Source of the DNA: Basidiobolus meristosporus CBS 931.73
Taxonomy: Eukaryota; Fungi; Basidiobolomycota
NCBI GenBank assembly: GCA_002104905.1
Contig: MCFE01000314.1
Span: forward strand, 1-64,000
Direction: 5' to 3'
Length of the DNA: 64,000 nt
In this document: positions 20,863 through 33,877 of the stretch, piece after piece
How the letters are laid out: each line of letters opens with the position of its first letter
Numbering within the stretch: the first letter of the stretch is position 1
Notes under the pieces: model-generated
What the model saw: the letters and a program-made list of their open reading frames with translations, nothing else
Database searches by the model: none
What the model was told of the DNA's origin: nothing
Position numbers and translations under genes: made by a program

Positions 20863-23800
20863 TCATTCGTAATGGTGAGGGCTGGAGGGTGTGCTCATGA
20901 CTCGTGGCCCGATTAACCGGCTTCTCCGGTTCATAGCCCGATCTGGTGGTGTGAGGGAATTATTTGTTGAGGTGGAGGGTTTCTTGGGTTGGACATAGTA
21001 GGGCGAAGCCATTTCGGGGAGGTAGGTTGGAGTAGGCTGGCTCAGCCGACTGAAGCCCCTTTTCTGCTGGATTTCGTTGGCCGAGAACCTGTCGAAGAGC
21101 AGTTCTGGTAATTTACAAGTGGCATTTTCAACCGGCCTCGGCGTAGTGTAAACCAGCGGTACGTGGGATTGGGGGGCTGGAAATCTCTCGGTTTTGAAGT
21201 ATGGGTGTTGTGGGCTTTTCCGAGTTTCGTTGTCATTCTCCTTCTCGTCTTTCCACTCGGACCAGTACTTCTCAAGAATGTCGTCCTCAAAGGGATCTAT
21301 CTCTTCTTCAATCAAACCCTCGCCCTTTACATTCGAGCTAAGTTTGCGAGTAGCTCCCCAGGTAAAGTCATCGAAATGCCAAAATGCGTAGATTGGTAAG
21401 ATCAGATTCCAGATCGGGGTGGCGAGAATGAATACCAACATCCAAAGTAAATAAACAAATTTCCTAGTGGTCAATAAGATGACCACGGATTGTAGTATGA
21501 AAATGGAGCCAATAAATATCAAGGGTAGAAGGACGTCCGCGCCATAAGCAGCCTTAAATATCAGGTATAGCAGGAAGATGCAGGAAGAGGGCATGGTTAC
21601 GGTCTGAATCAACTCCAAAGTAACGAAAAATTGCATTGAGCAGCAAAATATTCCACACAGCTCCGACACCAGCATCAATTCCAACAGGTTGTGAACGGTC
21701 GAGTTAATCCAACGACGTCGTTGACTCAAGAGTACTTTGAAATCCTCAGGTACCACTGTTTTACAGATGGCGCTTGACACGAAGATAAGCTTTCGTTTCG
21801 GAAAAGTTCGAAGCATCAACGTAGTCAGGTATCTGTCTTCTCCGAGAAGCAGCAGGTTTTTCTTATGAAGTGTATCTACTACGTTTGTGGAGTATGCCGA
21901 CACTATGTCTGGGTTCGCCAGTATGGGGACGGATTGGTTGTCTTGTTTTGGCGCTTTAATGCGATACATGCAAAAGCATCCAGGAAGACAGGTAACGCCT
22001 CCAAAGATGGACTCAAAGGCTTTTCCGAGGTGGTGAGATGTGTAGTATTCATACACCTAGAGATAGAGCGCCTCTGTTAGCAATGGTTATCAACAAAAGT
22101 TCGAAATCACAGCTGATTACTTGGATCATTGTCACCCACGATTTTCGTTTGTTTGCAACCTTCGTCTCCCCACACAAACCCATCACCATAGGGTCTTTGT
22201 TCATAGCATCCACCATGATGGAGACGCTTTCTGGCTCAACATATGTGTCGGCATCAACCATTAGCACGATCTCAAACTTATCAGGGCTTGTATCCATCAG
22301 GCTTCCAATCCTCTCGAAAAGCTCGAACTCCAAAGGGGTTAGCTTCCCGTTAACGCATATCTTGCTCAGCCACTGAATAAGGATCAGCTGGGAGTCGCGT
22401 TTCCCACGATTTCCCGCTCTGGGTCTTTTCCGTTCTTCACCAAATCCGCATTTGACTATGACTACCATGGGAACACGACGGCCTTGGCAAGAGTAAAACC
22501 CTACGTGAACCTGAGCCATGTTCTTCCGCATAGCGCCTTGGCCGATTGAGATGTAGGGCTTGGGTTCAGGCGAGAGGAGCTGCGAATCCCAAGGTTCCAG
22601 CATCGACAGGGTAATCTCAGGCGTGGATTTATCATTTCCAGACCCGGTGACGTCCCCGTCGCAAACGATGAAAAGAAGCTTGTGCTTATCGTCGTAGGTT
22701 GACAAAGCCAGGGAGTCTAGCGTAGCACGGATGGACTTTTCGCTTTCCGAGTAGCAAGTAACCAGCATGATCACATAGGTCAGGTCTTTCTTGGCGACCG
22801 CATCAGCTTCCTTTTTTGCCTTGCGATTGTAGGAGCGAGATATTATCCAGCTAAACAGTATCGAGCATATGTATTTGAAGAAGATGATACAGAACAGGAT
22901 TGTTGAGCATGTGATGACAATCAGGTTGGATGCAAAGCAGCCGAGCGTTGTCCCATCCACCCTGCCCACCAGAAGCTGGTCGTTGAAGCAGGGAATCAGC
23001 TCAGCCAGACTAGGGTCCCTTAGGATATCGAGAGTAGCGTCTCGACCAACAAAACGCAAAAGCTGCTGGTTGTTGTCCCCAAAATAGGACTCGTTCTTTG
23101 ACAGGTACTTCTCCAACGAGTAGACTCTTTCGTTGTACACGAAGAGTTTTCGGTCCTTATCTCGAATCCGGGACCAAGAAAATGCCACGTAGTTGTTGAT
23201 GCTTGTTTCCTCCAGGTCCCGACGGGCGTTTCGACTTGTGTGGCAGTGCAGTCTAGAATCCCTATTTACAAACTGACACGTGGGCGTTTTGGTTGGCCAT
23301 CGTTTGCACAAAGACCTTTCTGGGTCCGAGGGGAAGAAATCGCTAATATCTTTGCCTACGAGGGACTCAATCAGAGGCTGCAGGTCCTCGTCTTTCAGGG
23401 GAAGAATCGGCCGATGGAACTGATATTTGAAGTAATCTCGAACATTGTATAGTCTGCCTCGCACGATCATTAGCTGCATATCCTTAGAATCTGGCCCGTA
23501 CCTATTGAGAACGTCCTCGGGAAAGATAGGGGTGTTCTTTGTACATACCATTTGCGCGAACCCAAACGTAGCAAACCCAAGAAACCCGGAGATCAAGATG
23601 ATGATGAGGCATAGGGCTGCTTTCTCTCTCCAAGCTTGTATGGTGTCAGGGTCGTCCATCTTAGAGACACTTCTTAGACACTTGTCGAAGCAACAGAACG
23701 TAAGGACCTGGGAGCAGGATCTCCATTTGCTGGTCCTCCGGTTGTCGTTTGGGTCCAGTTGATCGTCCCAGGATTTCATTCCCAAGTGATTTCCAATTTT

Positions 23801-25010
23801 TCCTCCGGGCACGTTTGTTGCTGGCAACCCTCGCAGGGATCGTCTTCTCAGAGACCTTGACATTTTCTGGACAAACGGGGAAAATGAAGGTAGCTGTGGC
23901 GGTCTGTGAGGTTGAGCGGGTGTGTACATATATTGAGCTTGGCGCTCGTTCGCGATGGGATTTCCTTCAACGGAAGAGAAGTCAGGTTCGTTTATCGTTG
24001 ATGCTGGAATGATGCCAGGTAAATGAGGGATGGGATCCAGAGCGGAATGAATTGCAGGATGCTTGCCCACAACAGGGATCGTGTCTCTGCTATGTTCTTG
24101 AAATGTGGTTGCTTTTTTTGAATGTTTTATCAACAGTCTAGCTGTCTTGGATTGACCCGCACTATATGCTAAATCCAGTGCGGTTTTCCCGTTCAAAGCC
24201 TCAATAGAGGGATCAGCGCTGGCAGTAAGTAATCTACAACAGATAGCATACTGTCCCGAGTATGCAGCCAGCATCAAAGCGCTCCATCCAAACTATTGAA
24301 AAACGAGAGTTAGAGTCAGGCCAGCGAGGCATGTAGGCGAGATTCTACCTTGTCAGTCAGATCAACACTAGCCTTGTATTTGAGTAGGGTCTCCACAACC
24401 CCGATGTGGCCAGCGTAGCTTGCCATCATTAATGCAGACTTGGAGGTGATGTCTCTAGAGTTGATCTTGGCTTCCCCATGCTTCAGCAGCAGCACGGACA
24501 AGGAAACGAATCCGTTGTATGCCGCAATGATCAGCGGGCTCATTCCTTCCTTTGGAAGTATGAGAGTTAGGGTCGGGGACATCTTGAATTCTGTATTGGA
24601 AACGTACATTATTCTTCATATTCACATCGGCCCCAGCGCGAATCAGAATCTTGGCTGCCTTGACCTGACCGAAGTTACAAGCGTAATGTAGAGCTGTCTG
24701 GCCTTCGTCGTCTGGCAACACACGGTTATTGTTGGACGGGTCTGGGCAGAGATAAAGCAGGGTTACCTTTCTGGTCCAGGTTGACAGGCCTCAGGGAACA
24801 CAGGTAAGATAGCATCTTGAGGCTGTTTGAGGTGACAGCGGCAGATAAAGGGGTTTTCCCATTGGCATTTCGAATGTTATTGAGATTGTAGGGGGATTTT
24901 TCGAGCAGCTTCCACAGAGTAGAGACTCTGTCCTGTTTGATTGCCTTGAAAATAATATGTAGTGACTCAATATGTGAGGGCTCGACGCACTCATTTGAAC
25001 CACTCTGCAT
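20863..25010 (-). CDS. Ankyrin-repeat / class IV-like (division 2) chitin synthase fusion, about 1304 aa, 5 exons
   Basis: Exons 25010-24767, 24711-24608, 24549-24349, 24292-22121 and 22056-20863 join in frame through 55-64 nt GT-AG introns. Seven ankyrin repeats, then WREK, a cytochrome-b5-like region, TCYSES, GKRDSQ, DADT, LPGCF, GEDR and QRRRW. Confidence 0.93.
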
Positions 25011-25747
25011 GAAATATCTATAGCAGGAATTGTGACGCCCTGGTACGAGGTGCCGAAGGATGGATTGATGGTAAAGAAAAGAGGAAATGGTGAGATCCAA
25101 GACTAGCACCAATGATGTGTGGCTGAGCTTAGTAGAAAGGAAAATCAGTTGATCGATGGGGGTAACAGCGGAGGGAAGTGAGGATGGTACAATCCAGTAT
25201 CGAGAAGTGAGAACCATTGAGGTGTGAAGTTCAGAAGTTACTTCATTTGCAAGAGTAACCGAGGAATCCGTTGTCGGTTCGTTTTTGTTGCTGCGCGAGT
25301 CCCCCTGAATCCCATTCTCTACGCGCTGACCACGCGGCTGGTTATTCTGGTGGCAGATACTCGTGGCAACGATTTCGGAGTGCAGATCGCTTTCATTTCA
25401 TTCGGGAGGATGGTGATCAGAGCCTCGGTGTTACTGACGACAGGCAAGCCTATACTCATTGAAGTCTTCATGTAAATGCGCCTCTATGCATTCTCCAAGC
25501 TGCCTAGGAAATAAGTTCGTTGTCCATGCGCTATGTACAGATTCTCGTTTTAGCTACCATATTGTGTAATATGCGATGCGCTATATTTCACTGATACATC
25601 TGTCGCTCCCGCTACCTTTTTATCCTTAACGAAGCAGCTGTAGCTCGACTTTTCTCAACAGAAAGGTCCTAAAGCTCCTTTTGGTTTCCCTTTCCTTAAC
25701 CCTAATCTCCCTACTAAACCCCCTTAATCCATCTAACCTTTCGAATC

Positions 25748-26915
25748 ATGAAGGTTCCAAGCTTTCCTGATATCTGCCGTAAAGCGCCATTGACCATATG
25801 CCCATTGCTCGGTGTCGGGGGCAAAGGTATTGAGCCACAGTGCTATTCACGGAACTTTGAGCTGGGCGAAACGATCTTATTTGAGTTTGGTAGATCCTTG
25901 GTCTGTCTCCTCTGCCCCATTCCTACACTAACGCATGTGCAGCGGCCATTGTAGTTTATCTTGCAGCGATAGTGATGGGTGTGATAATGGTCTATCATGT
26001 CAATATGAAATACACAGCAGTAGGTAAGTAGCTCTACAGCCAACGCCACTCACCCGGCTCTAACAAGCCCTCCAGGACGTAAAGAGATGGCAATCTTCTT
26101 CTATTTGTACATGTTAGCCACAGTGGTGGAGATGCTTCTTGTTTCAGGAGTGATTTCACCAGCGTTTGCAGTATATCCGGTAAGAGAACAACCATTCCAT
26201 CGTCTCTAGCTTTTGCTCACGACGATTCTCCAATAGTGGATGACTGCTGCCCATATCGGACTGATAAGTGCTTCCATTTGGGCTCTCTTTCTGAACGGAT
26301 TCATCGGATTCCAATTCATCGAGGATAGTACCCCCCTCTCCCTCTGGGTAAGGCGTCGTGTTTCTTGCGCTCATCCCTGATTTACGTAATTTACTTGGAT
26401 TTCAGGGAATTCGTTGGACATCTCTGCTGGTATTTGGAGTGGCATACTTCATATCCATCGGAACCACTCAGGAATTCTTCAGATTCCTATCTCCTACGAA
26501 CAGCTTCCCGCTGTGGATCATGTACTTCGTGCTGAACGGCGCGATGATTCTGATCTATTTCCTGCTTCAGATTGTGTTGGTCTTCAAGACGTTAGATGTT
26601 CGCTGGCCATTAGGTAATCCAGTGAAACGAATTGGCTGAAGCATTGCGTGCTGATATTTCAATCCAGGGGATATAATACTTGCCGCGGGATTTTTCGGGA
26701 TCGGCCAGGCCGCACTATACTTCTTTTCGGATCCGATATGCGTGTATACCAACCACTACATCGACGGAGTCTTCTTCGGGGTGTTGTGCACGTTGCTCTC
26801 GGTGATGATGGTATACAAGTATTGGGACTCAATCACCAAGGAGGATCTGGAGTTCGCTGTGAGCAGTGTCAATCCGATTTGGGAGATGAAAATGAGCCAC
26901 AAAGACCTCTCATAG
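25748..26915 (+). CDS. CHS7: Chitin synthase ER export chaperone Chs7, paralog 1 (multi-exon)
   Basis: Motifs [86 protein letters not shown]. Confidence 0.92.
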
Positions 26916-27117
26916 TGCAAAGATATCATTGACGACGCTTCCCAATATATCGCCCTGTGTAGATATCTAAACTCGACCATAGATCCGCTGTACCCACCCC
27001 TTTCACCCATCCTCTGACGCGAGTGCCCATGTAAACAGTCTCATTAAAGAAAGCCATGATTTATTTACCAACCATCCTTGTTAGCTATAGTACATGAGGA
27101 GCAAAGGACCGTGGACT

Positions 27118-27689
27118 TTAGATAAAAGGATTGGCGATTTCTTCAGAGCCATCAAGAGGCGAAATTAACACTACGGAGGGGCCTCGACAAACAATTAGAC
27201 CAAGGTTGCGGGTTTGATCCAAAAGGCGATTGGGATTCTCGGGATCTTGTGTGTTCAGGGTTAGTAACAGATCGGTCGGAGTCAAAGCCGCTTAATACGT
27301 ACCTCTAAGGCATTCGTTAGTCTCATCCAGGACCAGGTTTAAGAGAGGATCGAATCCTTTTAGCGAGCCCACCACTATCCAAGGCCAAAGGTGAGTGGAG
27401 GGTGGTTCTACCTAAAGCTGCAATATATGACTAACCTTCACGGCCACCGCTAAACTTCACTCTGATCTGCTTATCCATGTACTTTCCTAAATCGAGGATG
27501 GATTCTTTCTTGGGCTTTTGCTCGAACGAGCCACCGCGATTTCCACGCCCAGAATTTCCACCTCTGCCACCACGACCGCCTCTGTCATTACCACGTCCAC
27601 GTCCCTACGAAAACAGTCAAGTATGGAGGTTAAAACGGCGATCTCCACCCCAACAGTATAGCATCTTTGAAATTTACTCTGTCAGACAT
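27118..27689 (-). CDS. LSM7: U6 snRNA-associated Sm-like protein Lsm7 with N-terminal RGG tail (4 exons)
   Basis: Spliced product MSDR-GRGRG...KKESILDLGKYMDKQIRVKFSGGRE-VVGSLKGFDPLLNLVLDE...TRNLGLIVCRGPSVVLISPLDGSEEIANPFI. Confidence 0.92.
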
Positions 27690-27844
27690 CGTTTACAAAA
27701 TAAAGTGATATAACAACAATTAACACTGGAAGCGAGATATACACAAGTCGAAGAAAAAATTCTGGTGAATTCGTAAGTTGGGATTGAAAAATCTACATTC
27801 ATTTCTCGTTTATTTTAATCTAATCAGTGATTTTGGTTGATTGA

Positions 27845-29895
27845 TTATGTCTCCACCCATTTGAAGGTTCCCATCAAGAGCTTACTATTCGGGAGTTTGC
27901 CTGGGCAAGGGGAGAGGAAGGTGATCTTGGACTTGGCATCATCCACCTCCGAGCTACGTTTCAACGGGGTTAGTGGTTCATTCTAGGTTAGCAACTTTCC
28001 AAGGAACTTACGTGTAGATAAACCCTGCGACGTTGCTACGAAGCAAGTCCGCTTCATCGGTTGACTCCGAGTTGATCACTGCTAGAATAGAGTGGAACAA
28101 CATATCCCCGGGTTTGAGGCTTACCAGTTGAGTCTCACTAACTTTCCGATCTATGCCAATGGGGAGGGCTGATGATGGAGCAAGAGAATCTGTACGATTG
28201 TGTTTGTAAATAGCCGCCCTATTGCTAAATGCTGCCGCCACAACCTACCTTCACCCACACGATAAACAGTGATGTCTTCATAGCTGACAAGGGTGGAGTA
28301 AGGTGACAGCTCCATCTTTGGAGTGCCATAGAAATATTCCCGGATTTTCTGCATTTGATCTGCTCTTCTGAATGCTGGGTCTCGGTTGACAACCTAGATG
28401 ATGGGATTATCAATGTCACGAAAAACCAACGCACCAACCCAACGCGTGGCTTACCCCTCCCGATTTTGACAGCTTTAATATGGTGAGCCCGGGATTGTTC
28501 CCGTTGGCCCTCACCATCTCACTGTACAATCTTTCTTGGCCCACAACCAGCAACACATTCACTAGTCAAAGGTAAGTATACGCTGTTCTACGCCAACATA
28601 GAAAACATGCCCACCGGAAAAAGCGTTGATTGCGTTTTGGATGATATCATGACCGACGTTGTTGATCAGCCCGTTGGTATCGATGATGATTCCAGAAGCC
28701 CTAGCTATTCCCTCGGAAATTTGGATTCAGCATCGGCCAGAGTGAGGAAAGCATACTTGGGCATGACTTACCATCGTTGTCTTCTTTAACACGTGCCCTC
28801 ACCGTATCTGCCATCTGGTTTACTAGCAGGTTGAATAACTTTGGATTCTCCGCCGGGCTGGAGTATCCGTAGTAATAGACCAGTGGCATGGTGAAAGTCC
28901 CCATTCCAGGTACGTTTGCGGCTGAATAACCGAATCCCTCCTCGGCATCAATCATCTGGTTGATCGATGTAGCAGAGAGTGTACCTGGCATTGTGATCGA
29001 ACCCTAAATGCCATTGAGATAAGTCAAAGGGAGTGGACAACAGACTGGCCGGGTTTGAGGACGTACTTCCTCGGGATCCATATCGACATATATGGGTTCT
29101 CTCCCGCGTTTCAATGCATAGTTGAGAAGAATTCTAGCGAGCGAGGTCTTTCCGGCGTCAGTAGGTCCGATAATCATGATCTACAAGGAGAGTTCTCAAA
29201 GTGTTACGATGGCTTCAGGTAAGAAGGTCTCCAGGGATTTAACTCTACCCTAGGCCCTCCTGAGTTGGTCGCCTCGGCCCGCTCACGAAGATTCTCTAGG
29301 GCGAGGTGTGTGTTTAAATAACTGATCATTGGTGTCTCGTTTGCAACATATTCGACGGCGCATTTCCCAGCAAGGTATTCGCCAAGTAAAGTCAAGGAAT
29401 AATGGGTCCAGTGATTGATAAAGGAAACTTTGAATGGATTTCGTTAAAGGATATTTCAAAAGTGCATCCATGCCAAGTGAATAAAGCCAGCTTTTTCCCA
29501 CAGAACTCATACTCTCGACCAACAATGAGCTCTGTGCCAAATATCTCCGCTGTACCGGATAGCAACTATTTCGGGGGAGAGGCGAATATCAGGTTGAGTA
29601 AACGTATGTGGCGAATTAATCGCGTAAGGTATGAAGTATCTCGAGTTTATTCACTCGGGAATGAGACATGTAGATCCATGTCAACATGGAGAGGTGGATT
29701 CCCAGATGGTTCCATACCCGATTCTATTGAGGACCTACCTTTATTGATATTTTGTCTTTGTAGTCTACTTCGAATCTAAACTCATGTTCAGGATCGAGCT
29801 TCCATTCCTTTGGAGCGCCCTATTTTGAACTCGATTAGCCATTTCGGGTCGTCAAATCTAAAAGTGTAGAAGGTTACTTGTTGCTGACTGTTCAT
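27845..29895 (-). CDS. CLP1: mRNA cleavage/polyadenylation factor Clp1 (multi-exon)
   Basis: EHEFRFEV, GTAEIFGTEL, FTWHGC, YVANETPMISYLN, GPRV, KIREYFYG, APSSALPIG, NVAGFIY, FLSPCPGKLP. Confidence 0.9.
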
Positions 29896-30259
29896 TGGGA
29901 TATGCTAATGAATAGTGCTCTAAACACCCTTCACGAACGGGTTTGTATTAAATAAAAGAAACTATATGCATGTATTCAAGTGGTGCAAAATCGGCCAGAA
30001 CGGGTAGGGTGTCATGATGATCCTGGTAATCATCTAACAGTAACTGTGCATAAAATAAAGCGAATGTAAACGGAATTCAGTAGTGAAAAATGGCCAGTAT
30101 GGTTACTGCGTCGTCACAAAAACCGAACTAAACTGATAAATATTCAACTATTTACCTTAACCAATAGCCATCAATGCTCAAAATCATAAACAACTCCCTT
30201 CCAGCAATCCATACCCCATTGCTGCAATAATAGAGACCCGGAGTTTGCGAAGGACGCAT

Positions 30260-33200
30260 ATGTCAGAGCAGTTCCCACTTTACCAGAGCTTTAAAGGAAA
30301 GGGGAAACTCGTTGAAAAAGTCCCTTTCGACAGTCCAAAAACCAAACGGCGAAAACTATGCTTATCTCTCAAACGAAGCCGTGAACTAAACCAAAAATGC
30401 GAAAACCTTGGTGTTGCTTCAGGCTCCAAAGTTTCCGACAAACTGGAAGTAAGTTACACGTAGAAGCCCACGAATTCCCTTTACCGAGTATTGACCGTAC
30501 CATTCTTTCGGCCAGGCTTTCTCCTCAGATTTAGACGGCGTTTTTCAAGATGTCTGGTCACTGGACGTTTTAACTGACAGTGATTCACAATCGTTTTTTG
30601 CCACTACAGTATCTGAGAGTACAATGGATTGTACATTCAAAGATGCCTTGGCCAGTTCTTCACATTTATCTGAGGTAGCTATTGTGAGTATACCGACTGA
30701 GGGTACAGAGCAACCTTCTACATTTGGCACTGGCACGAAAGATGAAGAATGTTTAGTGCGCGATGACTGTGAAATGGAAATTGTCCAAGCAGGTATTGAC
30801 ATAAAACCGACCAAGTCACGTATGTAACAATGCAAATACCTATCCACAGCCAATGTTTTCCTCGTTTGACCTTCCTTTTAATACGAATATGAAAAATTAG
30901 CAAACGAACCTCCCGACTGCTTACTCGAAGATAAAAGCTCCATTGCTCAACTAGATGAATTATTAGAATTCGTAGATACTCCCAAAGAGGAAAGTATCAA
31001 ACCCTTAGGCGAGGCAGTTCCAAGCAAACTTCCTTACACTCCAAGATCCTTACGTAAAGGCGAGAATGTCTTCTCCAAAGAACAAGTCAAGAAGTGGTCC
31101 AGTGCCCGCATACATGCCTGGGAAAATCGACACACGAACCCTGACGCGTTTTACTACAGATTTGTTGGTATGAAATACTCCTTTTCTATGATTACTGAGC
31201 TGTTCCAGTTGCTGACAGACGCCTTCTACAGACCCCGATGAACTGCAGGCAAATGGGGGCTTTAGCAAGAAAGATCACGAACATTTTATGGCCAGACTCG
31301 AAGAATTCAAAGAGAAAGGGTACCGTATTGGCTCTTCATGGGGAATTTTCAGCATGGGGATCCCTCACAAGGTATACCAAGAGTCTAAAGCAGCGGGAGC
31401 CGAGTAACACTGGGATTCATATTTCTTATCCTCTAGGCTGGGTACCAGTGCAGCTCGTACTATCGTAAACTAATTGAACAGCGTAAAGTGGAAGACCCAT
31501 CATATGCCATTGTTAACGGCAAGTTATCGATGATTGACAAGGGCCGGAAAGATGGCCGATCGGTGGAGGGCAGCCTAAGTGTAGCTTGGAATAGTGCGGA
31601 GGTTCAAGAGGTCGAAAAGAATGTGAACCAGTGGCTGAAGGAGTTTCACAACAGAGACATCAGGTAGTTGAGAATATTCTGATTTCCCACTACTAGGCCA
31701 TTATTAACCCCACAATGAAGCCAAGCATCAAGTATCAAAAAGATCTCTAAACCAAAAGCCAAGCCACTTTTTTCTACAGCCCATAAAGCCTTGGAGAACA
31801 ATGCGGCACAGGCAATGAAAGAGCAAACAACCAAACTCCCAGCAAAGCAAATGGAGATAGAAGATGAATTTGAAATCTTCCCAGGGCTTCAAGCTCAGTC
31901 AATAGCCAAGCCCCCTCGTTCTGAAAGCAAGCTCTTGCAAAAGTATAAGGAGTTGGCTCCCATCATGCCAGGCAAATCCAATCTACTCCGACAAAGCTCC
32001 AAGGCCTCTACGCTGTCTCAGTACATGGATCATGTGAAGAAGTATGTGAATTTAGAGATGTCGAAGGAATCTCTAGACCTCCTACTTAAACGTTGCTAAT
32101 TGTAGGGCCCATGCTCGCAAGGCTCTGGAATTTCCAATTATCCAGAAATATACCCACAGGTAGGTTACGTGACACTATTCTTATGGAGGAAATTATTCAT
32201 ACCCTTTGAAGCTTTAGAGCTAGCCATACCACTTCTGCAAAAGTCAGACCCAATCATGTCAAGCCACTTCAACGGGATCTTTCTGCGTTTTGGCAGGTAA
32301 GCTCTGCAATTGTGGACAATGGAATTTTCCGTGGTATTCATGCTGATGTCGATATTGAAGGGTGTAAAAAGTCCTCGTGTTGAAGGCCCAGAGCCACCGG
32401 TTTACAAAATTCCTTTCGATATTCCCAGCACTTGGGCCCGGAAGATAGTACCAGTAGCTGAAGAGCCGATACCATCTACCGAAAACATGTATGTTAAGAA
32501 TGAGTATCATCGATTAGGACGTTGTAACTGACTGGCTCACATACCAATAGATATATCGAAACTAACGATCTATTGAGCTTGGGTTTTGACGACTTATTCA
32601 AGAAACACGTCGAGGGAGATGGCCTGGAAGGCATTCTGATCGATCCTCCTTGGGAAATACTGATGGCGGATGATGAAAGGTCAAAATGCTACTTACAAGT
32701 GGAGCAGCTGGTATTTCGTGTAATTGTTCCCCCCCCCCCTACGACTCTATCTAAACTACCAATCTATCAGGAAACGCTGCTAAATAGAGTGTTGACCTAT
32801 CTCCCCATGGGTCTCATCTTTATTTGGACCCACAAAATCTTAACCCCTGATGTTGTCCATATAATGCTGAACTTGGGTAATGTGAAGATGGCACTGTGGA
32901 CGGCTATATGAGTCTAACGTCAAGACATGCTGTAGATTGTAGATATGTTGAAAATCTGGCCTGGTTTAAGAAAAAGATCAACAACACTCACACAAACCAT
33001 CCCTCCTCATACTTCAGAAGGTCCAAAGAGACCCTACTGATTTTCAAGAAAGTAATCCGAGTTTAGATGAAAGGATCCCCGCAATTGAGTTATCTAACGT
33101 GGCCTCTGAAATCTAGGGAGATGGTTTCGATATCCGACATCAGCGTACTGCCGATGTTGTAGTTGACTTCGAGAAGCCAAAGAGTCACTGGATAGAACAA

Positions 33201-33545
33201 GGTGATCAGTCGTGTGTATAAATCTCACACCACTCCCGATTCTAACTATTGCTGTAGAATACACTGAGCCCAAGCCGGTGGAGATTTATGAAATGATAGA
33301 GACGATTTTGCCAAATTCCAGAACCCCCACGCCCACGGGAAGTGGTCGATTGTTGGAGCTGTAGGTCCCATTTCACCCGAATCCACTATCATGGCTAACC
33401 TGCTAAATCTCTCGATTCCTGTAGCTGGTGTAAACGAAACTCTCACGATCGGCCAGGCTGGATTTCCATTCACGAAAACAAAGAAAACGATCCGACATTG
33501 TCAGGAAACCAGACCCATACCTGGACCAGGAGAGTGGACGATTGA
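30260..33545 (+). CDS. SANT/Myb-like domain + MT-A70-family N6-adenine methyltransferase-like protein (many short introns)
   Basis: In-frame spliced path by eye from PDAFYYRF...SWGIFSMGIPHKAGYQCSSYYRKLI through to GILIDPPW, GLIFIW, YVENLAW, DIRHQRTADVV, KPVEIYEMIE and LELLWCKR...RPGW. Confidence 0.75.
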
Positions 33546-33877
33546 TACTTCACTTCCGCGGCGCCAAGGCTCCACCACAGGCGCTTGAGTGTTTGTACAT
33601 TTCGCATTTGCGTATGTCTTCAGCGTGTACATATATTGATAAATCATTGAACATGAGGCATCTTCCACTAGAGTTGGATACTGCTGTTCCACGTTGGTAC
33701 ATGTTACATAATGCTTTAATTGGATATATTAGTCAACGAACACAGATTCCACCAAAGGATTAATGAGAATGAATACAAGAATTAGGCTTCCCCCCCCCAA
33801 GAACATGTAGTAGTAGTAGTAGGATATGTATAACTGAGTGGGAATCAAAACTTGGGTGGGTGCCGAAGTTATGGAAA

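Noticed and set aside
27540-27606. RGG extension on Lsm7 as a novelty
   Set aside because: Gly/Arg-rich N-termini are common in fungal Lsm7.
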